The notes under the pieces were generated by a model. It saw nothing but the letters and a program-made list of their open reading frames with translations. It made no database searches and was not told where the DNA came from. Below are positions 1 to 7,728 of a stretch of DNA of 20,000 nt, one piece after another. The number at the start of each line of letters is the position of its first letter. The stretch's first letter is position 1. The translations under genes and the position numbers were made by a program. The DNA is from an uncultured virus (IMG/VR IMGVR_UViG_3300016662_000010) (lineage: Duplodnaviria > Heunggongvirae > Uroviricota > Caudoviricetes): IMG/VR virus record IMGVR_UViG_3300016662_000010; one strand, written 5' to 3'.

Positions 1-1
1 T

Positions 2-235
2 TTCGTGGCGCGAGAAAAAGGCGGCCATGCGCTTGATGGTGTCATAACTCAGGGCTTCCCCATTGGCCAAGCTCGTGGCTCGTGCCACACCACTACCAAT
101 CCCTTGCTTGCCAGCCTCTTGCGTGGTCAAGCCTCCCTTGTGATACTTTCGTCGTAGTTCTAAGCCTCGACGCGCTGCAGCCCTCACGGACGATGGAGGG
201 GAGAAGCTAGCAGCATCAAGGCTCAGTCCTTTGGG
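2..235 (-). CDS. Partial phage head-associated basic domain (runs off the window edge); probably reached by -1 frameshift from the upstream 80-aa ORF
   Basis: Open frame PKGLSLDAASFSPPSSVRAAARRGLELRRKYHKGGLTTQEAGKQGIGSGVARATSLANGEALSYDTIKRMAAFFSRHE, resembling a recurrent phage head-region module. The first in-frame start codon after the upstream stop is GTG at 187. Not in the ORF track. Confidence 0.75.
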
Positions 236-465
236 CAGCCATTCTCCATTTCGCTTTCAGGATCTTCCTCTTCCGTCAAGGTCAGCACGTAGGAATCCCA
301 GTATTCATCAGTCTTGGCTCCCTTGCTAATGCCTGCTTCAGACAAGGCAATGGCAACAGCCTGGCGCTGGTTTTTAACCTTATCGCCACTGCTGCTTTTG
401 AGAGTACCAGCCTTGAACTCTCGCATCACCTTGCGAATCTTGGCAGTACGGGCTTTTTGGTTCAT
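223..465 (-). CDS. Small basic phage protein (DUF6496-like) with acidic tail
   Basis: KIRKVMREFKAGTLKSSSGDKVKNQRQAVAIALSEAG motif; ends TGC CCA AAG GAC TGA. Confidence 0.75.
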   Translation of the reverse strand: MNQKARTAKIRKVMREFKAGTLKSSSGDKVKNQRQAVAIALSEAGISKGAKTDEYWDSYVLTLTEEEDPESEMENGCPKD

Positions 466-467
466 CG

Positions 468-1007
468 TCAGTCATGTTTCACTCCTACAAAGTATAAATC
501 ATGAGCGGTGGGATTAGTCTCAAACCCAAAGTAACGGAAATGCTCACTAAGGTTAAGCCTTTGCGTAAAGTCCTCTGGTGTCAAGTTGCGATAATACTCC
601 CATCCTTTGCTAATTGTTAGCGGACTGTCTTGTGGAGTGGTGCGCGACGTACCGTGCTCAGGACGACCTGTGGTAGCGCAAGTCATGATTACAAGTCCGC
701 CGGGACGACAAAGGCGGATCATGTTAGCAAAAGTGTCTTTCCATCTCGGATTGTGTTCCATACATTCACAAGAAATAACACAATCAAAACGTTCATCAGT
801 GTCATACTTGTCGCCATCGCAGACAATATCTACTCCAGGTCCTTCCCCTACGTCAAGACCAATGTAATGCTGAGGATTATCAAAAAACTGTCGTACTGTT
901 CCATTGATATTTAGGCTCCCAACTTCCAGCACTTTGCTGTTGGTAAAATAATTGCCATACATACCCTTAATGGCATTGATGAAAGACAGTTGAGCGGGGT
1001 GGGCCAT
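468..1007 (-). CDS. Class I SAM-dependent methyltransferase
   Basis: VLEVGSLNING motif I, YIGLD, FDCVISCECMEH, RPGGLVIMT. Confidence 0.85.
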   Translation of the reverse strand: MAHPAQLSFINAIKGMYGNYFTNSKVLEVGSLNINGTVRQFFDNPQHYIGLDVGEGPGVDIVCDGDKYDTDERFDCVISCECMEHNPRWKDTFANMIRLCRPGGLVIMTCATTGRPEHGTSRTTPQDSPLTISKGWEYYRNLTPEDFTQRLNLSEHFRYFGFETNPTAHDLYFVGVKHD

Positions 1008-1011
1008 GGCG

Positions 1012-1710
1012 TTAGCAGTGCTGCCTCAGTTTAATCAGATTTTCAATGGACCGATCGCCCTCTTGCTCTTTTGACGGAGCAAACATGGCCCGGTTCCGTG
1101 ATGGTGCATTTGTACTGGCAGGACTCATGTAATACACTGCAATGCTCTTACGAAATTGTCCGTCAGGACACCGTAGCGGCGATGGCAAACCGTGCCATGA
1201 TTGTTGATCAGTACGAAAAATAACTGCTCTATTGAAACGACAGGGAATTGTAGCCTCTAGACGCAAGGGGCGATTGCGCTCGTAATCGTGACTCCAGAAC
1301 TCCAAGCCTCCACCCCATTCCTGTTTCCAACCTTCAGAGAGATAAACAATTAAGTTGATGCGTCGTTGCAGGCCAGTTTTGGGATGGAGGGAATAATCTT
1401 GATGGACATTAAGTTTACCTCCAGCACCATGAATATGCCATCCACCACCATGCAAGCCAATATCGCCACTAACGTCAAATGGAAGATGAACAAAGGGTCC
1501 ATTTTTTACGAGTGTTGAAATTATGGAATAAGTGGTAGGGGGAAACCTGTCCCAGTGGTTACAAGTCTTTTTGTTCTCAAGTGGATTGTCATAGTGGAAC
1601 CACATGGGATCATCAAAGGCCGGAAACTCTTGCTCAAGTTGCCTTGCAGTTTCCAGTGGAAAAAAGTCATCAATAATCCAATGGTCAAAAGGAATAGTGC
1701 TTTGTTTCAT
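1012..1710 (-). CDS. 2OG-Fe(II) oxygenase (prolyl-hydroxylase-like)
   Basis: HxD (HQD), RRINLIVYL, EWGGGLEFW, FNRAVIF, distal His in SWHG, RxS in RKS. Confidence 0.9.
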   Translation of the reverse strand: MKQSTIPFDHWIIDDFFPLETARQLEQEFPAFDDPMWFHYDNPLENKKTCNHWDRFPPTTYSIISTLVKNGPFVHLPFDVSGDIGLHGGGWHIHGAGGKLNVHQDYSLHPKTGLQRRINLIVYLSEGWKQEWGGGLEFWSHDYERNRPLRLEATIPCRFNRAVIFRTDQQSWHGLPSPLRCPDGQFRKSIAVYYMSPASTNAPSRNRAMFAPSKEQEGDRSIENLIKLRQHC

Positions 1711-2441
1711 TGGCCGTGAAATACGATTGGAGCACTTTCAATCGGGCCAAGGCGCAATGCGTCACGATAAAGGACCATGGCGGTGAATAACCGTTCGGCA
1801 ATAAATGCAATACCGCGCTGATTGTACCCTTGCTGCTGCCTAAATTGCTGCTCATAATCCTTCCACAGTGGCATACAAAAGCCCTCCAAAAGCATCGCCA
1901 TGAACGGCTCGTAGAGATACTTTGGTCCTCTAGCCATAAGACAACCATGAAAAGTGTTTTGTCGCCAAACTTTGTCTAGTTGATCAGCGGACAATGGCAG
2001 CAAACCACGACTTGCTACTTCCATCGTCATTTCATACCCTGGCAATCCATTGTGGCCTCCTTCAAATTGTTGTTTAAGAGAACACCCAAATTGCGCTGGA
2101 TGGGGAACATAAAGCACAGAAGAACTAGACGGAACGATTGCCTCTTCTTGCCAAGACCTACGATATTGAGCATTGCCAATCAGTCTGCTGCCATCAAAAT
2201 CTTGCGTAAGCCTCAAAACTGTCTCAATACAAGATAAGTCGGCCCAATAGGCATTATCTATTGACTTTGGGCCATCGTCGTACTCCCACTTGGGGCAAGG
2301 CATGTCGCTCACCAGTTGCTTTGGAGTTGCCCGCCAGCGTTTTGCGCCACAGAATACAGGCACTACCTTCGCAGCACTAGACCATCGCACAGGCTCGTGC
2401 AGAATACAGCCTGCATAAATTGTCAGATCAGAGCTTTGCAT
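1707..2441 (-). CDS. DUF4422-like putative glycosyltransferase
   Basis: NAYWADLS, IGNAQYRR and QRGIAFIAERLF resemble DUF4422/WbbM-type motifs. Start taken at ATG 2441 (MQSSDL), overlapping the upstream gene end. Confidence 0.6.
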   Translation of the reverse strand: MQSSDLTIYAGCILHEPVRWSSAAKVVPVFCGAKRWRATPKQLVSDMPCPKWEYDDGPKSIDNAYWADLSCIETVLRLTQDFDGSRLIGNAQYRRSWQEEAIVPSSSSVLYVPHPAQFGCSLKQQFEGGHNGLPGYEMTMEVASRGLLPLSADQLDKVWRQNTFHGCLMARGPKYLYEPFMAMLLEGFCMPLWKDYEQQFRQQQGYNQRGIAFIAERLFTAMVLYRDALRLGPIESAPIVFHGQ

Positions 2442-3144
2442 AGACTTGTCGTTTTTGCCATAATTCGTTGTAGTTGTTGACGCCAGTGGCTCCAAGAGCA
2501 GTCAAGTCACCGCCGCCAGCGGGCTTACTCCAAGCCATGATTGTACCGTCAGGTAAGACAAAAGCTCGATTCTTTTGTTCGTATGATGGTGTCAACTCTA
2601 GGTAATCGCCAAACACGTAATCTGCATCACTTCCATGCCTTGCCAAAGACTGTCCTAGCAAGGTCGGACCAGTCGGACACAATGGGGTGATGCCATAGTA
2701 TTCCCGCTTGCAATTCTCTACAATTTGACGAATAGCGATGGAAAGAGCGTGATTGTTGGGTTGGGCATACAAAACTGTTGTTGCACAAGCAAAACTTGTA
2801 AAGCTAAACCGTTGAATATCACGAAAGGCGAGGAGCTTAATCCTCTCTCCAATCTCAACTGGAGCCACTCCCCTAACGCCAATGTCAAAGTACCAGCCTC
2901 CCAGTGCGTTCAAGATGCAAAAGCGGCCAAGATCAGCCCTGTATGAATAAGGTCGGAGAGTGTTAAAAGCCCACAGCACTTCTTCGTCATAGTGACTTTT
3001 GATCAGGTCACGTAGATCCTTGTTTCCATAGAGCCTGTAATCAGCATCAGGAAACAAAGCCTTGATTGTGCTTGTTGCGTATTGCAAGTGAGGCGATAAC
3101 TCAAGGCTATTCGCTTCATTGATGAAGATTTGCGAAACTTGCAT
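2428..3144 (-). CDS. DXD-motif glycosyltransferase (GT32/OCH1-like)
   Basis: RADLGRFCILNALGGWYFDIG and TGPTLL motifs. The canonical DxD reads DIG here. Confidence 0.8.
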   Translation of the reverse strand: MQVSQIFINEANSLELSPHLQYATSTIKALFPDADYRLYGNKDLRDLIKSHYDEEVLWAFNTLRPYSYRADLGRFCILNALGGWYFDIGVRGVAPVEIGERIKLLAFRDIQRFSFTSFACATTVLYAQPNNHALSIAIRQIVENCKREYYGITPLCPTGPTLLGQSLARHGSDADYVFGDYLELTPSYEQKNRAFVLPDGTIMAWSKPAGGGDLTALGATGVNNYNELWQKRQVYAKL

Positions 3145-4364
3145 CAGCCCAGCCTCACTGGAGTACCAAAACCCTTGAAGGCAGGTGCTGGTTTTTCATT
3201 CAGGCAGCGATCAATAATGCCAATCATTTGCTGCGAGATCAGCCCCCAGTCATAGGCGGGGTCAGTGGCGCGATCAAAGCACCATTTTGCTGCTGTGCCA
3301 AGAAGGCCACGATCTTCGTGGTATGCCGTCAAGCAATCAGCCATACTTTTAGTTGACGGAATTGGACGCTCCAAGCCATAACCACGATCAGTTTCAGCCT
3401 CCAGGCAATCAATTCGCCTGACACCATCGAAAATCTCTTTTAGGCTTGTGTGATCTGGCACCAGTTGCGCTACACCAGTAGCAGCGTGCTCAAAGTTGAC
3501 TAGGCCCCATCCTTCGGCAATGCAAGTGTTGACACCAATGTCCGCAGCATTATATGCCCGATTGAGGTCAGCAATGGACAAGCAGTTGTTGACGCTGAAG
3601 TTGTGATTGGTCAGAATCAAACGGCTAGTTGGGTCGTAATCATAGTCTCGTGCGACCCGATTAAACAACGGAATGATGTCCCAGCCTTGATCCTTGATTC
3701 CCATGTGGAGCCAAAGCCTTGCATTAGGAAAATGCTTGGCAAAATGAATGAAGCCCTTGATGGTAATGTCAATGCGCTTACGCGGCTGATTGCGGTTGCC
3801 ATTGAACACCACAAAGTCATCCTTTGCAATGCCCATGGCTCGCCTGGCGTCATCCCTATCCAAGGGAAAAAACTTAGAGCGATCCACTCCATGAGGAATC
3901 ACATCAATGGTTTTCGTGTAACCAGCCTTCTCTAGTTCTGCTTTGCCAAATTGCGTATAGGTGCCAAGGCCGTCCAGCCCATCAAGATGCTGCATGAACT
4001 CCGGGAAAATGCCATAGGAGTCAATGGGCGAATAACCATACACTTTCATCGGCACTTGCTCTCGCGCTGGCTTAAGAGCTTGCAGAAATGGCGGAATACA
4101 CCAGAGATCATTGGTGATCCATACAAGGTCTGGCTGAATGGCTGCCGCCAATTCCGCAATGCGATGGGAGCCAAAAGGATCAGGGCCACCAACTTGTGCT
4201 GGATACATGCGGCAATACTGCTGCATGGGCGACGGATCACCATGCCAATTCACTGCTAGGCCATGGATTTCGTGCTTGTCCGACAGGCGAGGGATAAGCT
4301 CCTCTGCTACACGACCAAATCCAGTCTGGGCTCCAATGTCACCACAGTAAAGAATGCGTGCCAC
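3144..4364 (-). CDS. GT-B fold family 4 glycosyltransferase
   Basis: TGFGRV, IPHGVD, NRNQPRKRID, YNAADIGVNTCIAEGWGLVNFEHAATG. Likely start is GTG 4364 (VARILYCGD), not 4457. Confidence 0.9.
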   Translation of the reverse strand: MARILYCGDIGAQTGFGRVAEELIPRLSDKHEIHGLAVNWHGDPSPMQQYCRMYPAQVGGPDPFGSHRIAELAAAIQPDLVWITNDLWCIPPFLQALKPAREQVPMKVYGYSPIDSYGIFPEFMQHLDGLDGLGTYTQFGKAELEKAGYTKTIDVIPHGVDRSKFFPLDRDDARRAMGIAKDDFVVFNGNRNQPRKRIDITIKGFIHFAKHFPNARLWLHMGIKDQGWDIIPLFNRVARDYDYDPTSRLILTNHNFSVNNCLSIADLNRAYNAADIGVNTCIAEGWGLVNFEHAATGVAQLVPDHTSLKEIFDGVRRIDCLEAETDRGYGLERPIPSTKSMADCLTAYHEDRGLLGTAAKWCFDRATDPAYDWGLISQQMIGIIDRCLNEKPAPAFKGFGTPVRLG

Positions 4365-4398
4365 AAAAAACGAATAACTGCCACCATGGTAGTGGTCG

Positions 4399-5076
4399 TT
4401 ATGGCATTTGCGAGCGATAGTAACGAATGGTGCAGCGGCATCTTGCCTTGCATTCACAACGCTGCCCTGGCATTGGCAGAGCCCCTAAGGCCACAATTCC
4501 GGCAGCAGCATAACGAAGACAGTCTTGACAGTGCTGGGCCTGGGGATCAAGGATGCGTTTCATTAACGTATAGCCTTGCTTCTCTTGCCGGATGGTGGTA
4601 CCAGTCCAGTATGAGCCCCTGACGCTATCGGCATAGAGACCAATACGGGCCAAGGCCATGGGCACTGATACTCTTTGCTCCAGGAGGTCTTTGGCAAAGC
4701 CCTCCAGATAGCGATATTCTTCCCTCAGGCGCCATCCCACACGTCCCCATGCTGCAGCGTCCATTCCTTGCTGGCCACCATTCCCGACCAAAGCAGCTTG
4801 GATATGAGCCCGCTTAATTTCGGCCCTCACTTGCACTTGCCATTGCTCTAGGCTCAAAGTGCCATCAGCTAAAGAGGCTGTTAGTGCCCTTAGGTCGCTT
4901 TTTGTCCTGTTCACTCGACCATCAATGATGGCCTCAACAGTGGCGCCGCTCAAGAACCTGCCATTGGCGGCCCGGTAGCGGCCTGTGCGGGGATCGTAGG
5001 ACCAGTCCTCGTCCAGCCTTGCGCTAAGGGCAATGGAGTCGGCCAGGAGGGATGCTGGGGATAGTTCCTGCATCAT
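4399..5076 (-). CDS. Minor head / head morphogenesis protein (phage Mu F-like)
   Basis: Directly downstream of the portal with ATGA overlap; HCQDC and PGQRCECKARCRC at the C-terminus. Confidence 0.7.
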   Translation of the reverse strand: MMQELSPASLLADSIALSARLDEDWSYDPRTGRYRAANGRFLSGATVEAIIDGRVNRTKSDLRALTASLADGTLSLEQWQVQVRAEIKRAHIQAALVGNGGQQGMDAAAWGRVGWRLREEYRYLEGFAKDLLEQRVSVPMALARIGLYADSVRGSYWTGTTIRQEKQGYTLMKRILDPQAQHCQDCLRYAAAGIVALGALPMPGQRCECKARCRCTIRYYRSQMP

Positions 5077-7157
5077 TGCTGCTGCGGGTCAAGGTCGGTG
5101 GCCTCAAGAAGCGTCTTGTACCGTTCCGGGGCCTCCCGTTTCCATTCTTCCAATGCCGCCTGAATATCGGCCTGTTCAATGATTGCCGCTTCGTCAATGC
5201 CACTAATGATTGTGCCTTCTACTTTCAGGGGATCAATGGCATCAACTTTGCTGCTGACCATTCGTGCCGGTCCTTTCCTTTCAGGATCAGGGTCGGCCTT
5301 GCGCTTGCGGGCAACAATCGTTTGGCGCTCCTCTTTGCTCATGGCTGCAGCCTTGGCCTGTGGCAAGCACTTAGGTTTGCCTTCCTCCTGTCCTCGACCA
5401 CCACAAGGCCCCATGATTTCGCCATTGCTACCAATCCTCACCCACTTTTCCTTGAACCATCGGTCAAGATCATCAGCATGGATTTCACCATCGTCTCCCT
5501 TAAAAGCACCTGAGAGTGAGCCATGTTTTTCCTTATAGAGAGCTTTGTATTGCTGTACCACGTAGCCACTGGCATAAGCCGATGGCCAAACCTTAAACTT
5601 GCTTTTTGCTGCTGACACGGCCTGACTATGTAATCCTTCATCGGCAAACTTCACGTCACCGCGACGCTCCTCTAAATCTCGCGGCATAAACAATCCCGCC
5701 TCACTGTCTTGCACCTCCCTACTGCCGTCCATTGGCAGCGTGCCATTCTGTTCATTCAGGGGATCACGTCCGCCAGGAGGCACTGGCTTACCTTGTGTCT
5801 GCTGGGGCAGTTCGCGAGGGAGCGATGGGTCAAGAGTAAGCTCCATTGTCCATTCGCTGCCGCCATAACGCGCTTCTGCCACTTCTTTCGGATGCAAGAC
5901 GCCAAGTTGGATGTAGCGGCCATCAACGGCTGCCACTCGGGCTCTTACGTCAGCCTTTTCCCTTTCGTTTAGCTCAAACAGATCATTGAACTTGATGCGC
6001 CAAGAATCGGGGATTTGCCCATTGGTGGGACCTTCCTTGCTCAGCAAGATATACTCCATGAGCTTTTTCAATGGGCGGCGGAAGTGACTGCTTTGATAGT
6101 CACCTAAGAGCTTGGCAAAATCTCGTTCTTCACTACGGCCAGTGGCGCCAATCCCACTGGGACTTTCGCCAAACAAGATAGTATGAGGAATCTGAGAAGC
6201 GCCAATAATGTCAATTCTCAGTTTCTCTAGTACATCGCCAATACCAGAGAACTGCCTGCTAATGAACTCAAGCTCCTCTTTCTCAGCATCAATGGCAAAT
6301 CCCCTATACACGCTCTTGCTCATATCATTCAGAATGAGCCTATTTTTTACGTCACCTTCTTTGCCATTAGCCAGCATCTGAGACAAGTTACGAATCTTGT
6401 GGACAAAAATGTCAAACTCGCTTAGCAGCATGGACGATGAATGAATGCCAGTCCAGTAGTGGCGGAAACTATCGTAAATTGGCTGCACACTACTCATTCC
6501 CCATCCATAGTTCCTTTGACGAATCCGGTAGGGAAGCCACATGCCATCAAAGCGCAAGATGCGATCCTTGTGGATTTTTTGAAGTGTCGGCTGCTGAATA
6601 AGATCGCCTGAAATGATCTGGTAGTACGTGGCCTTGGAATAGTCGTACAGGCTTTCTTCGCTAATCAATGGTGCAATCTGATAACGGTCAAGCACCTCCA
6701 TGCCTTCTACTTCTACGATTGCATTCTTGTTGACTGGCTGGTCAGCAGAGCGTCCATCGTTGATGTAAAGCAGGATTGCAGCGCCACCATATAGCCTTTC
6801 GTTCTTGCCGGCGAGGTTAAAGTTTTCTAGGATCATCAAGTCTTCTATGACTTGCTCTACGCCAACCACTTCCTCTGCCTTGACACCATCGCCACCAAAT
6901 AAGATACGAAAACCCTTGCGGGTGGCCTGATCGGCAACAATGTCTACCACTCGACGTGGAATCCACTCGCCATAGAGCCCCTCCAGTTCCTCTTGCGTGA
7001 GAAAAATGATGGGCTGGGAAATAGTGGCCTGTGACTTGTCTCTACTGGTTCCCATGCCAGTGAAGACATTGGCTAGGCCGTCAGCCCTATAGCCCTCCCC
7101 GTCGAAATGCCCAAAGTTAATAATGGGGCCACCATCTTTCGCGCTCAGTGTGGTCAT
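5073..7157 (-). CDS. Portal protein (DUF1073/HI1409 family) with a ~250-aa C-terminal extension of extra modules
   Basis: DGLANVFTGMGTSRDK, RLYGG, IHKDRILRFDG, WGMS, IPHTILFGESPSG; extension contains KVWPSAYASGYVVQQYK and LDRWFKEKW...KPKCLP. Confidence 0.85.
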   Translation of the reverse strand: MTTLSAKDGGPIINFGHFDGEGYRADGLANVFTGMGTSRDKSQATISQPIIFLTQEELEGLYGEWIPRRVVDIVADQATRKGFRILFGGDGVKAEEVVGVEQVIEDLMILENFNLAGKNERLYGGAAILLYINDGRSADQPVNKNAIVEVEGMEVLDRYQIAPLISEESLYDYSKATYYQIISGDLIQQPTLQKIHKDRILRFDGMWLPYRIRQRNYGWGMSSVQPIYDSFRHYWTGIHSSSMLLSEFDIFVHKIRNLSQMLANGKEGDVKNRLILNDMSKSVYRGFAIDAEKEELEFISRQFSGIGDVLEKLRIDIIGASQIPHTILFGESPSGIGATGRSEERDFAKLLGDYQSSHFRRPLKKLMEYILLSKEGPTNGQIPDSWRIKFNDLFELNEREKADVRARVAAVDGRYIQLGVLHPKEVAEARYGGSEWTMELTLDPSLPRELPQQTQGKPVPPGGRDPLNEQNGTLPMDGSREVQDSEAGLFMPRDLEERRGDVKFADEGLHSQAVSAAKSKFKVWPSAYASGYVVQQYKALYKEKHGSLSGAFKGDDGEIHADDLDRWFKEKWVRIGSNGEIMGPCGGRGQEEGKPKCLPQAKAAAMSKEERQTIVARKRKADPDPERKGPARMVSSKVDAIDPLKVEGTIISGIDEAAIIEQADIQAALEEWKREAPERYKTLLEATDLDPQQQ

Positions 7158-7218
7158 ATTGTTGGCTTGTTTTCTCCACTCTAATTGCCGTTATGATATT
7201 GGCGGTTGCGCCTCTTTC

Positions 7219-7728
7219 ATGGCCCTGCAAGTCATTTTGACCGAAGACGAAAGCCTTTCTGCCATAGAGGAGGCCCATCGTCGCCAAAAGACGAATGAAG
7301 CAAAAGGGCTATGGGGAAGGAATGGTGGGGCTAGAACTGGCGGCAAGGCCATTGAAATGCACGTTATGGGCGCCATGGGCGAAATGGCGGTGGCAAAGCA
7401 CTTGGGCCTTAAAGGCTTTCTTTATCAAGAGGCCGAAGCCAAGCGTGGTTCTGTTGACTTGCCGCCAGACATTGACGTTAAAACTCGCAAAGGCCATGAT
7501 CGTGACTTAATCGTGCAACTTTCTGACAGGCGAGATAAGCGTTATATTCTGGTTACTTGGATGAATCCCGCGCAGTTGTTCATTCATGGATGGATTAGTG
7601 GCGAAAAAGCTATGCAGCCACAATACATTCTTGATCCAGCGCGAGGGCGCAAAGCCTACTTTGTGCCACAATCTGTCCTTATGCCAATGACACATTTTGA
7701 CAATGCTCAAGTGCTCACAGTTTGCTGA
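7219..7728 (+). CDS. Phage hypothetical protein, possibly PD-(D/E)XK nuclease-like
   Basis: GAMGEMAVAKHLG...VDLPPDIDVKTR...IHGWI...AYFVPQ. Start at ATG 7219 avoids overlap with the portal start. Confidence 0.6.
   Translation: MALQVILTEDESLSAIEEAHRRQKTNEAKGLWGRNGGARTGGKAIEMHVMGAMGEMAVAKHLGLKGFLYQEAEAKRGSVDLPPDIDVKTRKGHDRDLIVQLSDRRDKRYILVTWMNPAQLFIHGWISGEKAMQPQYILDPARGRKAYFVPQSVLMPMTHFDNAQVLTVC

Noticed and set aside
314..6000. Numerous plus-strand ORFs antisense to the head and modification genes
   Set aside because: Shadow ORFs without motifs, fully overlapping well-supported minus-strand genes
5073..7157. Anti-CBASS Acb1 annotation sometimes given to DUF1073 proteins
   Set aside because: No 2H phosphoesterase HxT motif pair is evident; position and motifs fit a portal
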